This document shows positions 27,150 through 38,754 of a DNA stretch of 64,000 bases, piece after piece. The stretch covers positions 92,568,001-92,632,000 of the forward strand of contig CM052816.1 of the NCBI GenBank assembly GCA_028534125.1, written 5' to 3'. The stretch comes from Lama glama. Lineage: Eukaryota. Position 1 is the first letter of the stretch. Every line of letters begins with the position of its first letter. Under the pieces are notes generated by a model. The model was not told the DNA's origin. It was given only the letters and a program-made list of their open reading frames with translations, and did not search any database. Both the position numbers and the translations under genes were made by a program.

Positions 27150-28060
27150 AAAAATACAAACTTTTCGATTGGCATATCGTATTCATTCCAAAAACACATA
27201 AATCTTAAAAGTATACAACTTGACAGATTATTACAAAGTGAGCCCACCCATGAACTCACCAGGTGGATCTGGAAACAGAGCATCAGCGCACACCAGAAGT
27301 CCCCTCGTGCTCTCCCCAAATCCTTCCCGCCATTCCCCCGAAGGTGCTTCCATCCTGTTTTCCAACAGAAGAAATGTGTTTGACTTGTTTTAAATCTTCT
27401 ATAAATTTACACAGCAGATTTTTTGGGGGTGGCTGGCTTCTTTCACTTTAATAACGTTTTTCAGACTCAGACAAGTCATTTTATACACAAGTGGCTTGCT
27501 CTCATTTATTGCTAAGCAGTCTTCCAGTGCATGAATGGACAACAATTTATTTAGTCTACTGTTGAACGACCCTTGGATTGCTTCTAGTTGTTGGCAATAG
27601 ATAGAGTTTCTTTGTACATTCTTTCACATGTATGCGTTTCTGTTGGGTAAATTCCTAGAAATAACATTGTTGAGTCATGTGGTATGAATATATATAATTT
27701 TAGTAGATACTGTAAGTTTTCCAAATTTGTTGTATAGCAGGTAATAAAGATAAGAAAAGAAATCCATAACACTGAGAACAGAAAAAAATTGTTAGCTGTA
27801 AGTTGATGAAATCAGCACTCAGATGTCTGTTTCTGAATACCATTCTCCAATATAAAAAACCCAGGATGCCTCGGAGGAGTGGCTGGGGTGGAGAAAATAT
27901 AAGATGAACCTGAATGAACTTGAAGTATTTTTAGTCCCAGAAAGAAAGGAAGTACAAACACCACCAAAAAAAAAAAGGATAGGGGTCTGTCAAAGGTTCA
28001 CAGGAGCCAACTAGAAAAAGCTCCCAGGGACCAAAGCTGGGACAATCTGAGCAACAAATT
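27150..28060. mobile_element. Degraded L1M fragments
   Basis: Motifs such as ttgggtaaattcctagaaataacattgttgagtca and ggagccaactagaaaaagctcccagggaccaaagctgggacaatctgagcaacaaa. Confidence 0.6.
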
Positions 28061-28414
28061 CAGGCGTGTTCAATAGGCAAGGCAAGAAGCAGTCATTGGA
28101 CTTACAAGTGTTAACATTTGGAAGCACATGGAAGCAACTTCCAGTTTAGAAAACAAGATATGAAGCTGTAAATCCATCTATATAAAATATGCAGATGCCG
28201 AAGAGTGAAAGGTCACAGATCACCAAAATGTCAACAGCGATCATGCTGGTGTTGGAGTCCTGTCCTGGTTTCCACAAAGCTGTATGACTTTTACATAATT
28301 TGTAGAAAGATTAAATTCATAATGCAAGGAATCCCTCGCTAATTGCTTTTAAAAGTACAGATTTTCTTGTCTGAGATTTACTTCAAGACATGTTCAGTCC
28401 TGCTGCAGACTTCG

Positions 28415-28496
28415 TTTTTGGGGTTTTTAGTTTTTTAAATTTTCTGTCTGTTTTTTTTAAATTGAAGTGCAGTTGACTTACAATGTTCATTTCAGG
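28415..28496 (-). mobile_element. Extremely 5'-truncated LINE-1 tail
   Basis: T-rich tail plus aattgaagtgcagttgacttacaatg. Flanking repeat tg[c/t]agactt[c/t]g at 28404-28414 and 28497-28507. Confidence 0.65.
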
Positions 28497-30922
28497 TGTA
28501 GACTTTGAAGCACAAGTTTGCTTTGTGCCTGGTGACACACACGATATCCAGAAGTGTTCAGTATCACCTCTGCAACCCGCCTGCCGTCTCCGCCCTTGGA
28601 CAGCGGTCGCTCCCCGGCCTTGAGGGACTACTTTCTCAACATAAACAATCTCTGGGAGCGGAGGCGGACGTGTGACCGGAGTAAGCTGAGCAGCTGTGCC
28701 GGACCAGGACCCAGGAGCGTGGGGAAGGGGGTGTGAGATGCGACTGTCACCCACCCACGGGAGACAGACGTGGTCGGGGGCTGCCGGGCACAGTAAGGAA
28801 AGTTCCTTTGATGTCCCCAGTGAGAAGCATCACCCTGAGGTTTTCCCTTTTCTGTCAAATGCCAAGAAGTAAATGCCACATAAAATATCTTGCTGACACT
28901 AGGACTTGCGGGGGAAATCAAGTTCAGCGCATGAGCGGGAACTCCCCGCCAACAGCACACAAATTAGGAGCTCCGGGGTTTGGCAGCCCTGGGCTTTTCC
29001 TGGCGCTGCCGTCGCTAGGGAAGTCTTGTGAACCATCAGCACGCCGCAGGAAAGGCAAACAAACGGACAAAATCCTAAACTACAGACTGACCAAGGCTGG
29101 AGGTCTGGCCTTCCAAGCACGCTTTCCCAGGGAAATAATGTCGTGAGCAGCCCGGGGCCGCCCCCAGGAGTCTGCCTGGCCCCCTGGAAGCGGAGCATGT
29201 GGGGGGCTGCCCGGCCTGGTAAGGAAGGTTCCTTCGATGTTCCCCAGTAAGAAAGCATCACCCCGAGGTTCTCCCTTTTATGTCAACTGCAAAGAGGGGA
29301 GGAGAGGGAGTCCCTGTCGTGGAGCAGAGCACACCCAGGGTAATTAGTCCCTCTGTGCCTCTCCCTCTAGAATCCACACGTCTGAAGACCAGTGGGTTGA
29401 ATTAACAGAGAATGAGGAAGTCGGTGGCAAAACAGCGTCTTTCTTTTACAATTTGGGAGGCTCTGTGCGCCCTTGCAAGGATTTGAGTAACCGAAGAACT
29501 GGTTCTTTGCAATGTCGACTCTGCCTTGAAGGTGAGTGCGCGTGCACGAGTGTGTGTGCACATGTGTGTGGCTCCCTGTGTGACTGTGCACATAGACATA
29601 GGACATATATACAGCTGTCCCACCACACCTGGCGGCAATAAATGCCACCTTCATTTTTTAAATCACACAACTCGGTCCACTCCTAGGAGAGAAATAAGAA
29701 AATCTTTCCCCGCGACGTGGAGGGGAAAGCCCCTCTCATCCCCCAGGGTGTCGTGTTCAAGCCCCTTGTATTAAGGCCTTTCAAGAGTTACGGGGCCAAG
29801 CTTCTGGTGTTCCCTGCAAATAATAGTAATCACAGTGCTACTGTGTGCCTGACGCTGTTCCAGAGACTTCGTGCGTTTCATTCTCACAACAGCCCTGCGA
29901 GGAAAGCACTATTATCCCCGATGTACAAATGGGGGAACAGGAGGAGCTTGGCTTTGCCCACCGCGCTGGCGCCTCCTTGCCCAGCGCCCTGGCGTGTGGT
30001 AAGCAGGGGGCTCCCCTGCGCCCCTGGGACCTGCGGGGCCAGGACAGGTGGGGAGCCTGACAACGCATCTTTCTGAATCTGCCACCTGGGGGGTGGAACG
30101 GGCCTCCTCAATGGCCGCCACCTGTGGGGATGTCAGGACCCATGCGTGGGGGTGAGGTAACCCCTCCTCCTCCCATGCACGCAGAATCATGACGCCGCCC
30201 ACGGAGAACAAAGCGAATTGCACTGAGCCAGGCCCAGCCTGCTCTCGGCCCCAGGGGCCCACTGTGTGCGAAGGGTCAGGTGGGACAAGCTGGGAGAGAT
30301 GGTCACAGCAGAGGGAGGACTGACCACTGGTTAAGGGAATGCAGGAGTATGATGATCGTCAACTACATTTGTTTTGTCTGCTTTAAAGAACTGAGGATGC
30401 ACAGTGACTTCATTTCTTAAACCAACACAGAGACTGCACTGGATGCGGGAACAGAGGTCAGACAGTGAAACTTGAGGAAAAGAGTTGAAATTTACAAATG
30501 AATGGAAAGACATTCTAGGTTATTGATACTCAGTTCCACAAAATGATGACAGATTAGCTTTAGAGTCTATGAAATAAGCAGTTATTTCAAAGAGATAAAC
30601 TTGATTTTCTTCACCAAAAAAAAAAAGTCACCCACCAGCTGGCGTAGTTACTAAAAGGAGGCCAGAATCACTGCATTTACAAGAATGAGGTTTTGAGAGT
30701 GATTTATATATTATAAAAGCCAAGATGTACATAAAGGACTTATGGTTGAAAATCCTCCCCCAAGCCCTGTCACTCTGCCACTGTGTCCACTCCCTGGTGT
30801 TTCATGTCTTTATGTATTCTACCAGAGGGGCTTGACACATAAATGTATGTGGTCTTCATTTTCCTTTTTTTTTCACACAGGAAGTTCTCTATACCCCATT
30901 TGACATCCTGCTTTAAAAAAAA

Positions 30923-30972
30923 ATCTATCATCTACCAATCTATCTATCTACCTATCCATCCATTCATCTATT
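30923..30972. repeat. Degenerate (ATCT/ATCC)n tetranucleotide microsatellite
   Basis: atctatcatctaccaatctatctatctacctatccatccattcatcta. Confidence 0.7.
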
Positions 30973-31309
30973 TATATATCATTTATAACCAGTCTCTCCA
31001 GGGAATGAGATTGCTATAACAAATAGAAACTCTGGGGAAAGCATGTCACGAGATGCTTTATTTTCAAAGGCCACATAGGAGGAAACGTATTTACCGTATA
31101 TGAATAACCTAGGACAGCACAGTGACTCCTCCCAGCCTCACTGCTGGTAAACCCGACAGAACAAAATGTGTTGGGATAATTATATATCAATTTGTAAGTT
31201 GTGACTCCATAAAACAATGGGGAATGTGTGGCTAGAAGCCAAGCTTTAAAATAAAAAACATTCAGAATATTGATATATGAGACTGGCACCAGCCCATCCA
31301 TCCCTGGTA

Positions 31310-31405
31310 GACGGGGAACAGTGTCAGAATTGAGCTGAGTTGTAGGACGCCCAGCTGGCATCTGAGAACTGCCCGGTGGTGTGGGGAAACTCCACACTGG
31401 AACTG
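31310..31405 (+). mobile_element. MER21-like LTR fragment
   Basis: agtgtcagaattgagctgagttgtaggacgcccagctgg...gtggggaaactccacac, resembling the 3' part of the 26-kb LTR. Confidence 0.55.
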
Positions 31406-32096
31406 GATACAGACTCTTAGGTCCACCTCCCCGGCTGCTGAGACACGTGCAGCTGGGTGGTTCACACTCCCAGGTATGTGCACCCAGTGCTTAAAGCCCC
31501 TGTTGCTTGAGGACACTTGAGGGAGCCCTGTTCCTTGTGTGGCGCTCAGCACGAGCGTACATGGTACCTTTGATGAGGCTGGGAGGGCCCCACATCGTGA
31601 CATCCTGCCAGTCAGCGTGCAGCTTAGGGCAGGCTGACCTCATCCTGTCCCTTGGGGAAGAGTCTCAAACTGAACTCATGAATACCTCCCTGCAGCCCAG
31701 GGGGTGATGTTTTGGTTTGGGGCTAGATTATAATGTGGTGGACGAGAACGAATAAAATCTAAACTAAAAGGGCCCTACGAAAGCCCATGGCAATGTTCCA
31801 GGGATCTCCTTTATTAGAAACAGGAAGCATTTTCAAGGGTTTTTCAAGGAGCCTTCTCCAAATAAAAGTGGGGTTTTACAAACACCACCCTTGTTGGAAG
31901 AGTTTTCATCAGGGACTAGTGGACCTATGCTTGGGAAATGACTGCCCCCCCAGCCCCACCCCCTTTTCTCCTCCAAAGCGGGTGCTGCTGACTTACAGAC
32001 TTAGACCCAGCTGGCACTTGGAGACTGCCGCTGGGGACCAGGAACCCTGCTTGTGCTCTTCTGTGCAGTTTGATTATTCCCACTTTAAAGATTAGG

Positions 32097-32196
32097 AGGG
32101 TGACCAGTTGTCCTGGTTTGCCCTCGACCAAGGTATTTCCTAGGGTTCTAAATCTGGGAACCTCCCAGGCAAACCAGGACAAATCAGTCCCACCTG
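32097..32196. mobile_element. MER94/MER81-like hAT-Blackjack MITE
   Basis: agggtgaccagttgtcctggtttgcc...ggcaaaccaggacaaatcagtcccacct, an imperfect terminal inverted repeat. Confidence 0.65.
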
Positions 32197-33149
32197 AATA
32201 TGAAGGCAAGAGAGAAGAGATGATCCCCATTTGCTCCTGTCCATCCCACCCCCTTTTCTCCCTGAAATGACTTAATCAGAGCCACTGGCTCCTCTTTTCA
32301 CTGGTCTCTCAATTCTTTGTCTTAACTAACAAACTTCCTTCACCAAATAACACCTGGCTGCTTGTAGGACTCCTGGCCAATTAAGAACGGAAAGCTCAAA
32401 TACTAATTTTATTCTTAAAAATTTTTTTTGTACAACTCAGAACTGATGAGTGGGATAGGCAAGCCTTAAGTGTTTTAATTTACTGGCACTGGCCTTTCAT
32501 TATCAAACATTCAGTTGAAATTTTGTCACCAATTCAGCGAAGAAGGGATATAGAAAGAGGCTGGGCAGGAAGTCCTTTGCTGTGTTTTGGGATGTGAACT
32601 TCTTTTTAATTCCCAAGGCCCCGGCTGGCTGTATATTCTGGTGATGTTCTTCTTGAGAATCTCGTCCCTGGGCCAAGGACCTCATTTTCCTTCCAAGTTG
32701 CTGCTGTAATTTATGGATTAAAAACTTTCCTCTTGCGGGACGTTGCTCAGTGTGCTGTGTACAAGTGCTCTGTGTTGTTTACCATGCAAGACTAACAAAT
32801 GTTAGCCTGGCGTGTCTACTTCACTGGAAGAAATGGGACCAAGGCAGCAAGACTCAAGGCCCGTCTGACTCACCGCTGCCACTGACTTTGTTCTCGTCCT
32901 CACCCCTTCTCCCAGCCCTCCCACCCCTAATGATTTACTTCAGGATATCCAGGCTGGGGGTGCGTTGTGTCATTTCCAGGTAACTTTCCACCCTTACGTT
33001 GGTCATTTTTAAAACTCGGCACTGACGGGAGAGAAGTAAGATTTCATTTTTGTGTTTTTGACGCTAATGAACTGACCCTCGGAGGCTTACGCAGTAAGAG
33101 CAGAAGAACACTCTTCACCCCCGCGTGCGCTGCTCCGACTGGAGTGATC

Positions 33150-33655
33150 GTCTGCAGCACCAGGGATCTTGTGAAAATGCCGATTCTGATTCAGCAGGAC
33201 TGAGATGAGGCCTGACATTCTGCATTTCTTTCTTTGTTTTTTTAGGCTGGAATGTATTTTATTTAGTTCTTGATTTCTTATAGCTATGCATGGGCAGAAA
33301 CACTGGGCCATGGATGAAGGAATGAAAAGTCACGAAGTAAAGAGAAAACTTGAGATCAGTCCTCTCTTTGTCTACAGGGTTCCTTTCATTACTCTGTCTC
33401 CATAGGTTTACATGCTTTCTGGCAGCAGTGAATTGCAGGTCTCGAGCAGGATGCCATCCTAAATTCTTTTCCACCACATTGGCCACTATGCATAAACATG
33501 CATTCCACAGGTTAAAACCAACATGCTGCTCTTGACTTTTGGCTGTAAGAAGGAAAGAATGGCTGGAATTAATAACCCAGGCAGGAAATATTCTGCCTCT
33601 TTAACCAGCTCTGCGGTGATGCTGCTGCTGCTGCCCGAAGGACCACATTTTGAGC
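33150..33655. mobile_element. MER5A-like DNA transposon split by a roughly 360-bp insertion
   Basis: Left half cttgtgaaaatgccgattctgattcagcagg...ttctgcatttct. Right half taaccagctctgcggtgatgctgctgctg...ggaccacattttgag. Confidence 0.7.
33230..33587 (-). pseudogene. Putative non-coding polyadenylated retrocopy of unknown origin
   Basis: Minus-strand AATAAA (33263-33258) about 14 nt before an A-rich tail, a degenerate TSD, and interruption of a MER5A element. Confidence 0.55.
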
Positions 33656-34088
33656 CGAGATCATGGGCAGATCAAGACAGATGCCCAGGACTGAGGGACC
33701 CAGGAGGAAGTCAGCCATCAAATCCTTCCTGAGACCCCCCCCCCGCAGAATCAAACACCTATAGTCATGCTGTAGACCGCGGATTCTACAGGTTGTGAGC
33801 TTCTGCTTCTTCACTTATTAATGGGATTAATTTCACGTGGTTATGAGGATTAACTAAAAGTAACGTTTGAACTCCTTCCCTACTTTCAGGGTTCCACATT
33901 TCCTGTCTTTCACTGTGCTTTTAAAAAAATTTGTCCTGGTGATTTTCCCAAGTCCACACAGAGAAATGACATTATTGATTTAATAAATAAATAGTGTAAT
34001 ATTCCCTTATGTAAACATGACTTGTTCTGTTGCTCCTATATGAGTGATCCTTTTGTGTGTGTGTGTGTATGGCCATGTCTGTAGGTGA

Positions 34089-35462
34089 TTTTTTTAATTT
34101 TAAAAATTATTTGTTTATTTTATTGAAGCATAGTCAGTTTACAATGTTGAATCAATTTCTAGTGTACAGCATAATGTTTCAGTCATCCATGTATATACAT
34201 ATATTCCTTTTCATTATAGGTTACTACAAGATATTGAATATAGTTCCCTGTGCTATACAGTAGAAACTTGTTTATCTATTTCATATATAGTAGTTAGTAT
34301 CTGCAAATCTCAAACTCCCAATTTATCCCTTCCGACCCCTTTCCCACTTGGTAACCATAAGTTTGTTCTCTGTGTCTGTGAATCTATTTCTGTTCTGTAG
34401 ATAATTCATTTGTGTCTTTTTTTCAGATTCCATGTATAAGTGATACCATACGGTATTTTTCTTTCTCTTTCTGGCTTACTTCACTTAGAATGACCATCCC
34501 AGGTCCATCCATGTTGCAGCAAATGGCATAATTTTATTCTTTTTTATGGCTGAATAGTATTCTATTGTATAAACATACCACAGCTTCTTTATCCAGTCAT
34601 CTGTCAATGAACACTTAGGTTGTTTCTATGTCTTGGCTATTGTATATAGTGCTGCTATGAACACTGAGGTGCATGTATCTTTTCCAATTAGAGTTCCCTC
34701 CAGATATATGCCTAACAGTGGGATTGCTGGATCGTATGATAAGTCTATTTTTAGTTTTTTAAAGGAATCTGCATACTGTTTTCCATAGTGGCTGCACCAA
34801 TTACATTCCCACCAGCAGTGTAGGAGGGCTCCCTTTTCTCCACAGCCTCTCCAGCAACTATTGTTTGTGGACTTTTGAATGATGGCCATTCTGACTGGTG
34901 TGAGGTGATACCTCATTGTAGTTTTGATTTGCACTTTTCTGATAATTAGCGACATTGAACATTTTTTCATGTGCCTATTGGCCATTTGTATGTCTTCATT
35001 GGAGAATTACTTATTTAGGTCTTCTGCCCATTTTTGGATTGAGTTGTTTGTTTTCTTGCTATTAAGTTGTATGAGCTGTTTGTATATTCTGGAATTGTCA
35101 GTTGCATCATTTACAAATATTTTCTCTCAGTCCGTAGATTGCTTTTTTGTTTTGTTTATGGTTTCCTTTGCTGTGCAAAAGCTTGTAAGTTTAATTAGGT
35201 CCCACTTGTTTATTTTTGCTTTTATTTCTATTGCCTGGGTAGATTGCCCTTGGAGAACATTGCTAAGATTTATGTCAGAGAATGTTTTGCTTATGTTTTC
35301 TTCCAGGAGGTTTACAGTGTCTTGTCATATGTTTAAGTCTTTAAGCCATTTGGAGTTTAGCTTTGTATATGGTGTGAGGAAGTGTTCTAACTTCACTGAT
35401 TTACATGCAGCCGTCCAGTTTTCCCAGCACGACTTGCAGAAGAGACTGTCTTTTCTCCATTG
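34089..35462 (-). mobile_element. LINE-1 3' portion (ORF2 C-terminus and 3' UTR)
   Basis: [39 protein letters not shown]...HCWWECNW...[12 protein letters not shown]-rich tail at the left end. Confidence 0.95.
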
Positions 35463-36109
35463 TACGAGTGATCCTTCAGTTTGGTTTCAGTCCATCTTTG
35501 GAGGTTTTCCGAATGCCCTGAACGTGAGCATTTTCAATGCTCATAAGGTGACGGTGGAGACCTGGATGTTCATGCTCATGGGGGACATTCTCGGGGACTC
35601 TTGAGTGTTTTCCTGGGGTTCAGGGTCACACAAGTTCATGCTAACCCAGTCAGTTGGCCTAAACCATACATTTCCTGAGAGGACGTTAATGAGAAAGAAA
35701 TTTAGGGAAAAATGTTCTGAAAGGAACAGTGATACCACCGTCTACATAACAAGCCTATGGCTCCAGCCCTCTGTGTCCTCTCTCACTTACTGCTCTGCCT
35801 TCTTTTCTTAACAGGAACGTTTTAGTCCCTCTGACTTCAACATTCTGATGATTCTCTGACCTATGGGTCCAGCCCAGGCCTTTCTCATATGTACTGGCTA
35901 TTCACTGGGGGGTATGAATTCCAGGGTCTTTCCCTAAGCAATCGTGGTCTCTTTGAATTCTGGCACAACCTAGAAAAACCAAAGGCAAACTAGGATGCCC
36001 GCCTGGGTTGTCCCTCCTTGTCAATCCCAGAGTCCTGCGTCCTGGAGTCTCGTCGGAGGTCCTGATAGTCAGTCCCGTAGGTGCTCCTCCGGCTTCCTCG
36101 GTCCTCTTC

Positions 36110-36420
36110 ATGGGTGCTTTGGTGCGTCTCGGTCCTCTGCACTTCCATATGAATTTTAGAGTAGGCTTGTCAATCAATTTCGACAGAAACACCTGCTAGG
36201 GCTGTGATTGGGACTGCACTGAATCTACAGGTGAACCTAAGGAGAACCGACCTCTTTACAACATTAAGCCATCCAAGCTATGACCATGGTATTTCCCTCC
36301 ACAAATTAGTACTTTTTACATTTTTCAACAACATTTCGTTGTTTTCAGGGAAGAGATTTTGGGCAGCTTCTGCCAGATTTTCCCTAGGTATTTTATTTTA
36401 AAACATATTATTAGAAATGG
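36110..36420 (-). mobile_element. Old L1 ORF2 fragment
   Basis: ttccatatgaattttagagtaggcttgtc...gattgggactgcactgaatctacag. Minus-strand translation LIDKPTLKFIWKCRGPR. Confidence 0.75.
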
Positions 36421-37571
36421 GTCCCTCCTTGCCCCCACCCCACTGCCCCTGTCCTGGCCTCGCCCTGACCTAGCAGGGGAAGAGGTAAGCCAGGTGGGGG
36501 GAGGGGCAGCCCCCATGGAACAAGGGGAGGGGCGCCAGCTACTGAAGCAGAGGGAAGGGTATTCTTGGGGTGTCCCTGGTCCCCGCAGCTTTGTCTGTGG
36601 GATGTTCGTGGTTCCAGAGAAGCCTGTCTTAGTGGTCTGGGGAGGGAGAGGGCTGGTCACCCTAAAACAAGAGTCCTGGGCCAGCTCTGCCACTGGCTGG
36701 CTCTGAGAGGGACAAGACTTTTAAAAAATGTTTTATTTTGAAATAATTATAAGCTTACAGAAAGTTGCAAAGGTAGTACAGGGAGTCCCCCTGTAACCGA
36801 GCAGGACCCTACTGTCACTGGTGATCACATGGTGTTTGTAAGTGCTTAACTGTTTAGTAGTTCAGATGGCTTTTCTCCCGCTCTTGCCGACCAGGGTGAG
36901 GCTGGAGAGGAGGGGAGGGGCTTGGGTGGCCCGCCCGACCCCTGCAGGGTGCTGCGTGCAGGGATCGTGGGCAGTGCCCCGCCTTTGCCCCTGGCACCTT
37001 AGAAATGGCAGTTGGACTTCTGTTTTCTGTATGTTGTTGTTCATAACTTGCCCCAACCGCACACACACGCTGTTGTTTTTAGTCCCTTGTGGTCTGTGGC
37101 GATTTGTTAAAGGCCACAGACAACGAACACAGTGCAAACAAAAGCATGGAATCAACAGGTCGCCTGGGAAGGAGCCCGTGTCACCAGAGGAGGTGGTTCC
37201 CAACTGACCCCTGACAATTCCCACAGGTGGGAGGTGGCCTCAAAGAAAAATGGGGTAGGTCAGAGGGGTAGGGGCGAGTGAATTTAACACCTGCAGAGCT
37301 GTAATACCTGCTCTCATTTATATTTCCTATTTCACCCACTTGGCCATAAAATTGAGAAGGAAAATAAGGGAACGCTGACATCTTCCCACCTCTGGGGAGC
37401 CTGCTGGAACAAACCCTGGCTTGACAGAGCTCAGCACTGGCCGGGAATTTCCATGTTTGCAAAACAGTGATGCTTTGCATCTTTTCTCTTTTGGCGTGAG
37501 CATTTTAAATAAACATGGAAACCAGGTCATTACCATATCTTAACGACACAGCAGTGTCAGCAGTTCTCAAA

Positions 37572-37668
37572 TTATTATTATTTTTTTCAATGGAGGTACT
37601 GGGGATTGAACCCAGGACCTCGTGTGCGCTAAGCATGTGCTTTACCACTGAGCTATTACCCTCTCCCC
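37572..37668 (-). mobile_element. tRNA-Ala-like SINE (camelid vic-1 type)
   Basis: Minus strand atagctcagtggtaaagcacatgcttagcgcacacgaggtcctgggttcaatccccagtacctcc plus A/(taa) tail. Confidence 0.88.
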
Positions 37669-38754
37669 AGGCTGTGTCTCTTAAATCTGTTTCTCTGTCA
37701 TTTGTTCTGACTTGTTCTTTCCTGTATAAGCACATTCACATGAGGTTAACTTAGTCATCAAGAAACCGAGGGATAGGGTAAAACTGAGTGAAAGAGTTTG
37801 TTTTTTAACCTTCAAAAATGGAGCAGAGATGGGGGTTTTCTATCAGCAGTGATTCAGGTCTCCACTTTTCTTGGCCTTTCACAAGAGGTTTTGCCTTGTA
37901 AACCCTCTAACTTTCATATTCTATGGGAGGAGGAAGGAGGAAGATGCTCCAGTAAACTCAGCAGTCCCTAAAAAGGGGCCTCAGAACCGGGGTGGCCAGA
38001 GGATGAGTGCCACAGAGTGAAAGAGAAACCTCTGTAAAAGCTTTGACTTGTAAATAAGAAATGGCCAACGAGGCAGGAGACCTCTGAGGAAGAAAATGTT
38101 CTGCTGCCTTAAATGACACCAGAATCGTTCCCTCCGCTTGCGACCTTGCTGTTGCCAGAGCAACCTGATGCCTGGACCCAACCGGAGGCGAGTCTGGAAA
38201 CCCTGCTGAGCTTCAAGGCCTGGCATGGTGCTCTTTTCTGCTCCCCCAGAACTTCTGTCGGACAATTCATTGCATGCAGCCTTCTAGAAGTTACTCGAGT
38301 CAATACTCTTCCCTCCTCTCCCTCACAGATCTTTCCAGAGAGCAGAGCTGCCCACACGCTCCCTGCAGGCCCCCAGTCCTGTCGCGTGACCAGCGCTGCC
38401 TGTCCAGACCACTGGCTCTCAGGAGTCCGGCCGTGACCTACTGTTTCTCATCAGTTATCCCTTCCTGGACATTCCGCCTGGTTACAGGGGAACAGGAGGA
38501 GAATAGGAGTGTTGGTAGTTAAGTCAGGCCTCAGTAAGAAACGAGTCAATGAGAAACGAATCAAGAAAAGGTGTAAGATAGTAAACTGTGCAATGAACTT
38601 AAATTCTGACCATTACTGGCTGTGAAGTTCTCCCTTTTATAACTGATAAAATCGGTCACTTTGGAAACTAAGATGATGCAGTTGCTTTTGTACCTGTCAG
38701 GAAACCCACATCACACAATCCTAAAATGAGCAAATAAACAGAGAAGCATTGGCA

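Noticed and set aside
34924..35604. 226-aa hydrophobic ORF on the plus strand
   Set aside because: It is the antisense reading of L1 ORF2, a well-known artefact.
37443..37452. Canonical kB site GGGAATTTCC
   Set aside because: It is an isolated 10-mer without supporting context, and chance matches are expected in 64 kb.
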